A DNA stretch of 64,000 nucleotides from assembly GCA_963832165.1 (NCBI GenBank), contig CAWHTE010000004.1, forward strand, positions 320,001-384,000, given 5' to 3'. Positions 30,667 to 48,538 of the stretch are shown here, piece after piece. The notes under the pieces are model-generated. The model was not told the origin of the DNA and searched no databases. It saw only the letters and a list, made by a program, of their open reading frames with translations. The position numbers and the translations under genes are program-made. Each line of letters opens with the position of its first letter. Positions within the stretch are counted from its first letter, which is position 1. This stretch comes from an uncultured delta proteobacterium. Lineage in GTDB: Bacteria; Myxococcota_A; UBA9160; SMWR01.

Positions 30667-30695
30667 GCACCCATTCGCGCCCGAGGAGGCCCCAA

Positions 30696-32426
30696 ATGCT
30701 CGACGTCGTGATCACGGGTGGGACGCTGGTCGATGGCAGTGGAGGCCCCGCGCGGCGCGGCGACCTGGGCATCCGGGACGGCCGGATCGCGGCGATCGGC
30801 GAGGTCTCGGAGCGAGCGCGCACCTCGATCGACGCGAGCGGGAAGATCGTCGCCCCGGGCTTCGTCGACGTGCATACGCACTACGACGCGCAGGTGTTCT
30901 GGGACGGCACGCTCTCACCCTCGTCATTCCACGGCGTCACCTCGATCGTAGGCGGCAACTGCGGCTTCTCGATCGCGCCGCTGTCCGACACCGCGGGCGA
31001 CTACCTGATGCGCATGCTCGCGCGCGTGGAGGGCATGCCGCTCGAGAGCCTGCGCGTGGGCGTGCCCTGGGATTGGCGCTCGTTCGGCGAGTACCTCGAC
31101 CGGCTCGAGCGCAAGCTCGCCGTGAACGCGGGCTTCATGGTCGGCCACTCTGCGCTGCGCCGCGTGGTGATGGGCGAGCGCGCGGTCGGACACGAGGCGA
31201 GCACGGCCGAGCTCGACGCGATGCGCGAGCTGCTCGCGACCTCGCTGCGCGAGGGAGGCCTCGGCTTCTCCTCGACGATCTCCCCGACCCACAACGACGC
31301 CGAGGGACAACCGGTGCCGTCGCGCCACGCGAGCCGCGAGGAGCTGATCGCGCTCGCGCGCGTGGTGCGCGACTTCCCGGGCACGACGCTCGAGTTCCTT
31401 CCCGGCGTGTCGATGTTCAGCGACGAGCAGAAGGCGCTGATGACCGACCTCTCGCTCGCGGCGAACCGTCCGCTCAACTGGAACGTGCTCGCGCCGGGCG
31501 CGGGGAATGAGGATTACGTCGAAGCGCAGCTCTCCGCGACCGATTACGCGCGCGCGCGTGGCGCCGAGGTGATCGCGCTGACCGTGCCGCAGGCGATGAC
31601 GGTCCGGATCAACCTCCAGTCGGGCTTCGTGTTCGACGCGCTGCCGGGCTGGGCCGATCTGTTCCGGCTGCCGCTCGCGGAGCGCATGCGGAAGCTGCGC
31701 GAGCCGGGCTACCGCAAACAGCTCGACGAGGGCGCGAACTCGGAGAGCGCGGGCATGCTGCGCTTCCTCGCCAAGTGGCAGAACATTCGCGTGATCGAGA
31801 CGTTCGCCGAGCAGAACCGGGGTCTGGCCGGCAAGACGGTCGGAGAGATCGCCGAGGCGGAGGGCAAGGCGCCGTTCGACGCGATGATCGATCTCGCGAT
31901 TGCGGACGATCTCAAGACGCAGTTCTCGCCGCCCTCGGCAGGTGACACCGAGGCGGACTGGCAGGCGCGCGGTCGAGTCTGGAACGACGACCGCGCGGTG
32001 ATCGGCGCGTCCGATGCGGGCGCGCACCTCGACATGATCGACACGTTCGCGATCGCGACCCAGGTGCTCGGCAACGGTGTGCGGCGGCACGGGGTGGTGA
32101 GCCTCGAGCAGGCGGTCCAGAAGCTCTCCGACGTGCCCGCGCGGCTCTACGGGCTGCGCGAGCGCGGGCGTCTCCAGCCGGGTTGGTTCGCCGACGTCAC
32201 CGTGTTCGATGCGGACTCGGTCGACAGCGGACCCACCTACACGCGCTACGACCTGCCCGCGGGCGCAGGGCGGCTGTACGCCGACGCGCTCGGGATCGAG
32301 CACGTGCTCGTGAACGGCGTCGAGATCGTGCGCGGCAGCGAGCACACGGGCGCGCTGCCGGGCACCGTGCTGCGCTCGGGCCGCGACACGGATACGGTCG
32401 AGGTACCGGGCGGCCGAGCCGCCTGA
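30696..32426 (+). CDS. N-acyl-D-amino-acid deacylase family amidohydrolase
   Basis: APGFVDVHTHYDAQ, GNCGFSIAP, SDAGAH, GRLQPGWFADVTVFD. Confidence 0.9.
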   Translation: MLDVVITGGTLVDGSGGPARRGDLGIRDGRIAAIGEVSERARTSIDASGKIVAPGFVDVHTHYDAQVFWDGTLSPSSFHGVTSIVGGNCGFSIAPLSDTAGDYLMRMLARVEGMPLESLRVGVPWDWRSFGEYLDRLERKLAVNAGFMVGHSALRRVVMGERAVGHEASTAELDAMRELLATSLREGGLGFSSTISPTHNDAEGQPVPSRHASREELIALARVVRDFPGTTLEFLPGVSMFSDEQKALMTDLSLAANRPLNWNVLAPGAGNEDYVEAQLSATDYARARGAEVIALTVPQAMTVRINLQSGFVFDALPGWADLFRLPLAERMRKLREPGYRKQLDEGANSESAGMLRFLAKWQNIRVIETFAEQNRGLAGKTVGEIAEAEGKAPFDAMIDLAIADDLKTQFSPPSAGDTEADWQARGRVWNDDRAVIGASDAGAHLDMIDTFAIATQVLGNGVRRHGVVSLEQAVQKLSDVPARLYGLRERGRLQPGWFADVTVFDADSVDSGPTYTRYDLPAGAGRLYADALGIEHVLVNGVEIVRGSEHTGALPGTVLRSGRDTDTVEVPGGRAA

Positions 32427-33337
32427 TGGCCCGGCGCGACGATCTCGTCGTGATCGAAGTGGCGCTGAACGGCGTGCACTCGAAGCGCGATGCCGCGCAG
32501 CTGCCCATGACGCCCGATGAGATCGCGGCGGACATGATCCGCTGCCTCGATGCGGGCGCGAGCATCTGCCACGCGCACGATCAGATCCGCGCCGAGACCA
32601 CGACCGCGGAGCTCGAGGCGATCGTGGGCGGCACCTACCGCAAGGTGCTCGCGGAGCACCCCGACGCGCTGCTCTACCCGGCCCCCACCTTCGTCGGATC
32701 GCTGCAGGAGCGCTGGAGCGTGCACGCGGGGCTCGCGCGCGACGGCCTGATCAAGACCGGCTACGTCGACCCGGGCTCGACCAATCTCGGCGTGCTCGAC
32801 GAGTCGGGTGTCCCGGCGCCCACGAATTTCGTGTACGCGCACAGCTACGCCGACATCCGCTGGTGGTTCGAGGAGTGCGAGCGGCTGCGACTCGCGCCGA
32901 ACATGTCGATCTTCGAGCCGGGCTTCCTCCAGGCGGCGCTCGCCTACGAGCGCGCGGGCCGGCTGCCCGCGGGCGCCTACGCGCGCTTCTACTTCGGCGG
33001 CGGCGAGTATCTCACGGCGCGTCCGGGCCCGTTCTCGTTCGGCATGCCGCCGCTGCTGCCGTGCCTCGAGGCCTATCTCGCGATGCTCGACCAAAGCGCC
33101 AGCGCGCTGCCGTGGTTCGTCGCGGTGCTCGCGGGCGACGTGGTCGCGAGCGGGATGGCGCGCGCGGCGCTCGAGCGCGGCGGCCACGTGCGCGTCGGTC
33201 TCGAGGACGCTGCGGGTGCGCGCGATTGCAGCAACGCGGAGCTCGTCGAGGAGGTGGTGGCGCTCGCGCACGAAGTCGGCCGCCGGGTCGCCACACCTGC
33301 CGAGACCGCGAAGCTGTTCGGGTTCCCGCGCGCGTGA
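32426..33337 (+). CDS. Beta-keto acid cleavage enzyme (BKACE/DUF849) family
   Basis: IEVALNG, GASICHAH (HxH), GGHVRVGLED, SNAELV. Confidence 0.85.
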   Translation: MARRDDLVVIEVALNGVHSKRDAAQLPMTPDEIAADMIRCLDAGASICHAHDQIRAETTTAELEAIVGGTYRKVLAEHPDALLYPAPTFVGSLQERWSVHAGLARDGLIKTGYVDPGSTNLGVLDESGVPAPTNFVYAHSYADIRWWFEECERLRLAPNMSIFEPGFLQAALAYERAGRLPAGAYARFYFGGGEYLTARPGPFSFGMPPLLPCLEAYLAMLDQSASALPWFVAVLAGDVVASGMARAALERGGHVRVGLEDAAGARDCSNAELVEEVVALAHEVGRRVATPAETAKLFGFPRA

Positions 33338-34482
33338 GCGCCGCGACGCGCCGCCTCGGCACGTGCGTCCTCTCGGGCATCACCTCGAGGTGGAAGCGCT
33401 ATGCCGAGGTGCCCTCCACGCCGCCGTCGCTGCGCGTGGTCGCCGAGGCCGCGCTCGATCGCGGCTTCTCGCTCGGCATGAACTGGCTCACCGAGCTGCC
33501 GCGCCCCGCGGAGCTCCGGCGTGCGCGCGCCGAGGTCGCCGAGATGGCGGCGTTCATGGCCGACCGCGGATACCACGAGGCTCCCGCGAATTATCACCGC
33601 ACGCCCACGCCGCCCGGTGCGGTGCGGAGGTCGGGCCGGCGCGCGTGGCTCGCGCGGCAGCCCACCCACTACGAAGCGATCGCGTTCGCGAGCGAGTACG
33701 CGCCGTTCGAGGGCGAGCCCGGGGGCAAGCGCTGGCTCGAACACCCGCGCAATCACACGGTGCGTGCGCAGGTGTTCGAACACCCGGGCGAGCCGCGCCC
33801 GTGGGTCGTGGGCGTGCACGGATTCGGCATGGGAACACCGCTCACGAACTTCGCGATGTTCCAACCGGAGCGCCTGTTTCACGAGCGCGGATGGAACGTG
33901 CTGCTGCCGAGTCTGCCGCTGCATGGGCGGCGCGGCGTGGGGCGCATGTCGGGCGGCGAGGTGCTCGCGCCCGACTATCTGCAGATGGTGCACCTGTTCG
34001 CGCAGGGCGTCTGGGACGTGCGGCGTGCGATCGCGTGGATCCGGTCGCGCGGCGGCACGCGGATCGCGATCTACGCGATTTCGCTCGGCGCCTACGTGAG
34101 CGCGATGGTGGCCTCGCTCGAGGACGATCTCGCGGGCGTGATCGCGGGCATTCCCGCGGTCGATTTTCCGAGTCTCGCGCGCGACAACGAACCGCGGCGA
34201 CTGCGGAGCTATGGAGCCGACGCGCAGATCGACTGGGCTCACGTGCGCCAGGCGACCCAGGCCGTGTCGCCGCTCGCGCTCACGCCGCGTGTTCCGCTCG
34301 ATCGGCGATTCATCTTCGCGGGAACGGCCGATCACGTCGCGCGCCCGGATCAGGCGCGCGCGCTCTGGCGGCATTGGGAGCGCTGCTCGATCCACTGGTT
34401 CCCGGGCGGCCACGTCGCGGCGCGGTGGAACCCGACGATCGCGCCGTTCGTCGACGCCTCGCTCGAGACCTGCCTCGCCTGA
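33334..34482 (+). CDS. Alpha/beta hydrolase family protein
   Basis: VHGFGMG, LPLHGRR, nucleophile elbow AISLG, C-terminal PGGH. Confidence 0.78.
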   Translation: MSAATRRLGTCVLSGITSRWKRYAEVPSTPPSLRVVAEAALDRGFSLGMNWLTELPRPAELRRARAEVAEMAAFMADRGYHEAPANYHRTPTPPGAVRRSGRRAWLARQPTHYEAIAFASEYAPFEGEPGGKRWLEHPRNHTVRAQVFEHPGEPRPWVVGVHGFGMGTPLTNFAMFQPERLFHERGWNVLLPSLPLHGRRGVGRMSGGEVLAPDYLQMVHLFAQGVWDVRRAIAWIRSRGGTRIAIYAISLGAYVSAMVASLEDDLAGVIAGIPAVDFPSLARDNEPRRLRSYGADAQIDWAHVRQATQAVSPLALTPRVPLDRRFIFAGTADHVARPDQARALWRHWERCSIHWFPGGHVAARWNPTIAPFVDASLETCLA

Positions 34483-34504
34483 GCCGCTCGCGCGCGGAGA
34501 ACCC

Positions 34505-34549
34505 ATGAACGTCCTCGTGACTGGCGCGTCGTCGGGAACGGAAGGTTGA
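34505..34549 (+). pseudogene. 14-codon remnant of an SDR N-terminus (MNVLVTGASSGTEG*)
   Basis: GGAGA RBS and ATG, typical VLVTGASSG Rossmann start, then an immediate stop. Confidence 0.55.
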
Positions 34550-34552
34550 CCC

Positions 34553-35794
34553 ATGAAGGCGCTCGTGTTTGGCGTTCCGCCGCAGGGCTTCGAGCCGCCG
34601 CCCGATGCGAACGATCTGGCCCGCAAGCTCGCCACGACGCCGGTCGCGCTGCGCGAGATCCCGGATGCCCGGCCGCTGCGCCCCGACTGGGTCGTGGCGC
34701 GGCCGATCCTCACGGGCATCTGCGGGTCCGACTCGAAGCAGATCCTCCTGGACTTCGGCGAAGGCGACAGCGACAACGCGATGAGCGGGCTCTGCTCGTT
34801 TCCGCAGGTGATGGGGCACGAGGTGGTCGCGCGCGTGGTCGAGACTGGGCCCGGAGGCGCGCGGGCTCGACGTCGGCCAGCGCGTGGTGCTGAACCCGTG
34901 GCTGTCGTGCGCGCCGCGCGGGATCTCTCCGCTGTGCCCCGCGTGCGAGGCGGGCGACCTGTCGCTGTGCTGGAGCTTCACCGCCGGCTCGATCAGCAAG
35001 GGCATCCACACCGGCGTGTCGAGCGACGCCACCGGCGGCTACGCGGAGCTGATGCCCGCGCACGACTCGATGCTGTTCCCGGTCCCCGACGACGTCTCCG
35101 ACGAGCAGGCGGTCTTCGCCGACCCGTTCGCGGTGTCGCTGCACAGCGTCACGCGCCACCCGCCGCCCGCCGGGCGGCAAGGTGCTCGTGTGGGGCGGCG
35201 GCGCGCTCGGCTCGTGCGCGATCGCGATCCTGCGCGCGCTCCACCCGACGTGGAGGTCGCGTGCGTGGCGCGGTTCGACGCGCAGGCCGGCCTCGCACGG
35301 CGGCTCGGGGCGTCGGTGGTGCTCGGCTCGGACGATCGCCTGCAGATTCTCGAGGAGCTGGCGACGTGGTCGGGCGGCGTGCTCGTGCCGACGATGGAGG
35401 GCCTGCCCGGCCTGCCGATGTGCCACCCGGGCAAGGTCGACGTCGCCTACGACACGGTCGGCAAGCCCGAGACGTTCGAGATCGGGGTCCGGCTGCTCAA
35501 GGCGCGCGGCACGCTGGTGAAGAGCGGCGTGCACGCGCCGGGGCGCTGGGAGTGGAGCCCGCTCTACTTCAAGGAGATCAACTGGGTCGGCTCCAACGCG
35601 TTCGGCGTCGAGGAGGTCGAGGGCGAGCGCAAGCACGGCATCCAGCACTACCTCGACCTCGTGCGCGCCGGCCGCATCGACCTGCGCCCGATGCTCACGC
35701 ACACGTTCGCGCTCGACGGAGTGGCAGGAGGCGTTCTACACGATCGCGAGCAGGGCGCACCGGCGCGATCAAGGTCGCGATCACGGGAGGCTAG
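34553..35794 (+). pseudogene. Zinc-binding (MDR) dehydrogenase with several frameshifts (pseudogene or read errors)
   Basis: GICGSD, GHE, structural Zn Cys cluster and GGGALG are spread over three frames; shifts near 34845, 35172, 35245 and 35720-35750. Confidence 0.75.
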
Positions 35795-36028
35795 GCCGAG
35801 GCCCGACGACCTACGGAGCGATCCCTGCGTCGCTGTAGGACCACCCCTCAATAGTTCGGTTTACGAATCAACTCGTAAGCGATTTCTCTTCTCGACGCTG
35901 ATCGGCGAGTGTTAGGGTGCAGAAGCCGCAAGTGCCTGTGAAGTAGTTCATCACGGGCACGGTTGCGTGCACTCGATACTGAGAGTGGGGCCGCGGCGCC
36001 GGCGCTGCGGCCGGCCAAGCGAGACGCG

Positions 36029-44500
<8,472 letters not shown>

Positions 44501-44600
44501 CCTACTACTTCCCCGAGCCCGCGCGCGGGCTCCTGCTCGGCGCGGGGATCGCTCTGCTCCGGGCGCTCGCGCGCGTGCGTCAGCAGAGGAGCACGAACCC

Positions 44601-45617
44601 ATGAAGACGATGAGCGCGGTCGTTTCGCTGGCGCTGGTGACGTGTGCCGCCTCCGCTGGCGCTCTCACCGACGTATTCGGCACCGGAGCAAACGAGTTCA
44701 GCATCGACTTCGTCGGGATCGGCGATCCGGGCAACCCGGCGGACACCACGGGCAACCCCAATCCCGGCGGCTCGGTCCCCTATCTCTTCCAGATCGGGAC
44801 CTATGAAGTCAGCCGCGACATGGTGATCAAGGCGAACGCCGAAGGCGGGCTCGCGATCACGTTGCAGGACATGACATCGCTCGGGGGCAATGGTCTAGAC
44901 CGGCCCGCGACGGGAGTGAGCTGGAACGAAGCCGCTCGCTTCGTGAACTGGCTCAATATCAGTGAGGGATTCCAGCCGGCCTACAAGTTCAGCACCCAGC
45001 CCGGGGGTGGGGGCTACAGCGCGAACGCGAACATCGTTCTCTGGCAAGCGGGCGACACTGGCTTCGATCCAGCCAATCCGTTTCGCAACAGCCTCGCTCA
45101 CTATTTCCTTCCGAGCGCCAACGAATGGTACAAGGCGGCCTACTACGATCCGATCTCCGGCAGCTATTTCGACTACCCGACGGGCAGCAACGGCGCGCCG
45201 ACGCCCGTGTCGAGCGGCACGGCGGCCGGGACCGCGGTCTACAGCCGGTTGTTCTCCCACGGCCCCGCGGACATCGATCAGGCGGGCGGCCTGAGCCCGT
45301 ATGGCACGATGGCGCAGGGCGGCAATGTCACCGAGTGGATGGAGACGGAGGCCGATGGGGTCAACAATTCCCCGTCGGCCGTTCGCATCGAACGCGGCGG
45401 CGGTTGGCGGAACGACTCCAGTCGCTTGCTGGCAACGGGCGTGTTCAGCGACCTGCCATCCGATGGTTTCGACGATATCGGCTTCCGGGTCGCCAGCGTC
45501 CCCGAGCCCGGCACACTCGAGCTGGCGTTGTTGGGGTTGGGCTTGACTGCGTTGTGGACGCGCCGGACACGGGCTGGCCGCTGCTCATCGTCGCTTGCGC
45601 AGCCAGGAACCCGCTAG
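44601..45617 (+). CDS. FGE-sulfatase (SUMF1/EgtB/PvdO) domain protein with PEP-CTERM sorting signal
   Basis: Signal peptide; IGTYEVS, VSWNEAARFVNWL, LPSANEWYKAAY, GGNVTEW, RGGGW, IGFRVA; tail VPEPGTLELALLGLGLTALWTRRTR. Confidence 0.88.
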   Translation: MKTMSAVVSLALVTCAASAGALTDVFGTGANEFSIDFVGIGDPGNPADTTGNPNPGGSVPYLFQIGTYEVSRDMVIKANAEGGLAITLQDMTSLGGNGLDRPATGVSWNEAARFVNWLNISEGFQPAYKFSTQPGGGGYSANANIVLWQAGDTGFDPANPFRNSLAHYFLPSANEWYKAAYYDPISGSYFDYPTGSNGAPTPVSSGTAAGTAVYSRLFSHGPADIDQAGGLSPYGTMAQGGNVTEWMETEADGVNNSPSAVRIERGGGWRNDSSRLLATGVFSDLPSDGFDDIGFRVASVPEPGTLELALLGLGLTALWTRRTRAGRCSSSLAQPGTR

Positions 45618-46126
45618 CCCTCGCAGATCTCGCCGATCTTCCAGCCCCGGCCCGCGCGCGCGAGCGCGCGCGACCGCGCACCGTCCTTGCCGGGCGCGGT
45701 CACGCGGATGATCTGCGTACGCCCACCCGTGAGCGCCACGAGCTTCACGCGGAACGGGCGCAGTCCGGGCTCCGTCTCCCTCGCCGGAGCCGGCGCGCCG
45801 CCCGTGAAGCCGGCCTCCACGAGCAACGGCTCGAATCCCGACGGCGAATCGAGCACCTCGAGTCCTAGTCCGCCCGCGCCCGAGGTCGCGAAGTGCGCGG
45901 CGAGGCGGTCGAGACGGGCCACGCACACCTTCACGCGCAGCTCGGGCCGCGGCGCCGCGGGTGGGAACACGAGCTCGAGCACGTCGCCCTCGGCGGCGCG
46001 CACGCGCGTCTGCACATAGATCCCGCGCTCGGACACGTCGCGCACGATGCCGGAATGGCGCTTGCCCGCGACCCAGAGCTCGCAGGCGAGCCGGCGAACC
46101 ATCCGCGGCTTTCGGCGCTTCTCCAC
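45614..46126 (-). CDS. PilZ domain-containing protein
   Basis: RxxxR (KRRKPR) and DxSxxG (DVSERG) c-di-GMP-binding motifs. Confidence 0.8.
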   Translation of the reverse strand: MEKRRKPRMVRRLACELWVAGKRHSGIVRDVSERGIYVQTRVRAAEGDVLELVFPPAAPRPELRVKVCVARLDRLAAHFATSGAGGLGLEVLDSPSGFEPLLVEAGFTGGAPAPARETEPGLRPFRVKLVALTGGRTQIIRVTAPGKDGARSRALARAGRGWKIGEICEG

Positions 46127-46204
46127 GGCGATCGGATCGGCAGGTCCGGGGCCTCGCTTTACGCGGGGCTTGCCAACCGGTCCATGAGAGCGTCTCGCGC
46201 CGCG

Positions 46205-47342
46205 TTAACGGCCCAGCAGAAACGCCGCGTTGTCTGCGCGCAGACCCGGATGCGCGTCGAGGACGCCGCGATAGTCGGCCACGGGCGTCGCGGTGCCCTC
46301 CGAGTGCGGATAGTCCGAGCAGCACATGTAGAGGTCGCTGCCGCCCGTCTGCCGGATGATCCGCTCGGGCAGCTCGTAGGCGAACGACGACACGCGCACG
46401 TGTCGCTTGAATACCTCGCTGCCCGGGCCGTCGAGTGCCGTCCGGCTCTCGCCGTGCAGCCGGTTCACGAAGCGCATGCCGCCGTCGAGCATCATCAGGT
46501 ACATCGGCACCCAGACCGCCGAGAGCTCGACGATGCCGAGCCGCAGCTGCGGGTGGCGCGTGAACACGCCGTTCACGATCAGATCCGTGGCCCCGAGTGC
46601 GGCGGGCGTCCACAGGAAGATCGATTCGAGCACGGGGACGCCGCCGAGCTCACCGTCCGTGTACCACGCGTCGTGGAACGGGCGCGGCTGATCGGCGACG
46701 TGGAACACGGGCGTCACGCCGTGCTCGGTGAACAGCGACCACGCTCGGTCGAGCGAGGGGTGCGAGAGCGGCACGCCGTCGACGAGCGCGGGTGCGATCA
46801 TGGCGAGGCGCAGCCCGGCGCTCGCTGCGGCTCCGAGCTCGGCGCCGAGCCAGTCGAGGTCACCCAGATGCAGGTGCATCACTGGATGGAGGCGCCCTTC
46901 GCCGGCAGCGGCGACCTCCGCGCACCAGCGGTTCCACGCGCGCAGATTCGCGAGCAGCGCAGGGCGCGACCAGGCTCCGAGCTTGCGCTCCCAGCCGAGG
47001 CCGTAGTTCGGGAACAGCACCGCCTCGTCGACACCGAGCACCGCGAGCTTGGCGACGCGCGCGGACGGCTCCCAGTAGTCGCGCGGCAGCGCTTCGTCGT
47101 AGTGGCGCAGCGGCGGCAGACCCGCGCGCTCGCGCCGGCGCCGCTCGCCGATCGCGTCGGTCTCGCCGGGATCCTGCACGTCGGCCACTCCGAGCACGCG
47201 GCCGCGCCAGCGTGAGCCAGGTGTGGCCGCGCGCGTCGTCGGTGAGCTCGAGCGCGTCGTCGCGCAGCGCGGGGTCGATGTGCTCGCGCCACATGCCGCG
47301 GTACTCGTAGAGATGCTGATCGGAGTCGATCACCACGGGCAT
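46205..47342 (-). CDS. Amidohydrolase family protein, one frameshift near 47210
   Basis: IDSDQHLYE N-terminus joins VLGVAD...AWNRW...FHVA...SDYPHSEG if one base is removed. Confidence 0.78.
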
Positions 47343-47384
47343 GCGCGCAAGTCTACGGGAGGGGCGGAGGCCCGGCGACTCGAC

Positions 47385-48536
47385 TCAGCGCCCGAGGATC
47401 GCAATCCCACAGGTGGTCGGCGGGCCGCCGATGTTGTGCGAGAGCGCGAGGCTCGCGTTGGGGACCTGGCGCGGGCCCGCGCGGCCCTGCAGCTGCAGCG
47501 TGTTCTCGTAGATCATGCGCACGCCGGTCGCGCCGGTCGGATGGCCGAAGGTCTTGAGCCCGCCGTCCGTGTTCACGGGCAGCTCGCCGCCGAGCTCGAA
47601 CGTGCCGCTCGCGACGTGATCCTTCGCCTCGCCCTTCTTGCACAGGCCGAGGTCCTCGTAGGTCAGCAGCTCGGTCAGCGTGAAGCAGTCGTGGAGCTGG
47701 ACGACGTCGAGCTCGCGGAACGGCTCGGTGATGCCGGCCTGCGCGTAGGCGTCCTTCGCGGCGTAGATCGTGGGCTTCCAGCCCAGGAAGTCGAAGTTCG
47801 GATCGCGCTGCGGGTGCTCCGCGACGGCGATCGAGACCGCCTTCACGAGCACGGGATCGTCGCGGAAGCTCTTCGCGAGGTCGGCGCGCGTGAGCACGCA
47901 CGCTGCGGCGCCGTCGGACTGCGCCGCGCAGTCGTAGAGGCCGAACGGCCACGAGATGATGCGCGCCTCGAGCACGTCCTTCACGGTGATCTCGCGCTTG
48001 AGCATCGACTTCGGCGCGAGCGTGCCGTTGTGGTGGTTCTTGACCGCGATCTTCGCGAGGTCCTCGCGGCCCGCGCCGAACGTCTCGAAGTAGCGCGCGG
48101 CGCACAGCGAGAACCAGCCCGCGGGCGTCGCGGGCAGTCCGCGCACCTTGTCGAACGTGACCGAGGGACCCGAAACGCCGCGGTCCTTCGGCTTGTCGAA
48201 GCCGACCACGAGCACGGTGTCGTACATGCCCGACGCCACCGCGAAGACCCCGTACCGGAACGCGTCGGTGCCGGTCTGGCAGTAGTCGGAGACGATGCTG
48301 ATCGGCTTGCCGAACATCTTGAGGGCTTCGGCGATCTCGGACGTGCCGTCGCGCGGGTAGACCGCGCCCGCGAACACGGCTTCGATCTGGCGCTGCGGGT
48401 CCTCGATGCCCGCATCGGCATAGGCTTCGTATGCCGCGTCGACGATCATGTCCTCGCGCGACTGGTCCCAGTTCTCGCCGAACTGGCACGCGCCGACGCC
48501 TACCACCGCCACCTTGTCGCGAATCGACTCCGCCAT
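47385..48536 (-). CDS. Thiolase-like acetyl-CoA acetyltransferase (SCP-x/PhlC/archaeal type)
   Basis: DYCQTG, AVKNHHNG, DGAAA, LHDCFT, NTDGGLKTFGHPTGATG, HNIGG. Confidence 0.9.
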   Translation of the reverse strand: MAESIRDKVAVVGVGACQFGENWDQSREDMIVDAAYEAYADAGIEDPQRQIEAVFAGAVYPRDGTSEIAEALKMFGKPISIVSDYCQTGTDAFRYGVFAVASGMYDTVLVVGFDKPKDRGVSGPSVTFDKVRGLPATPAGWFSLCAARYFETFGAGREDLAKIAVKNHHNGTLAPKSMLKREITVKDVLEARIISWPFGLYDCAAQSDGAAACVLTRADLAKSFRDDPVLVKAVSIAVAEHPQRDPNFDFLGWKPTIYAAKDAYAQAGITEPFRELDVVQLHDCFTLTELLTYEDLGLCKKGEAKDHVASGTFELGGELPVNTDGGLKTFGHPTGATGVRMIYENTLQLQGRAGPRQVPNASLALSHNIGGPPTTCGIAILGR

Positions 48537-48538
48537 GC

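Noticed and set aside
35955..35970. Possible sigma54 promoter GGCACGGTTGCGTGC
   Set aside because: The GG-to-GC spacing is one base off the required GG-N10-GC
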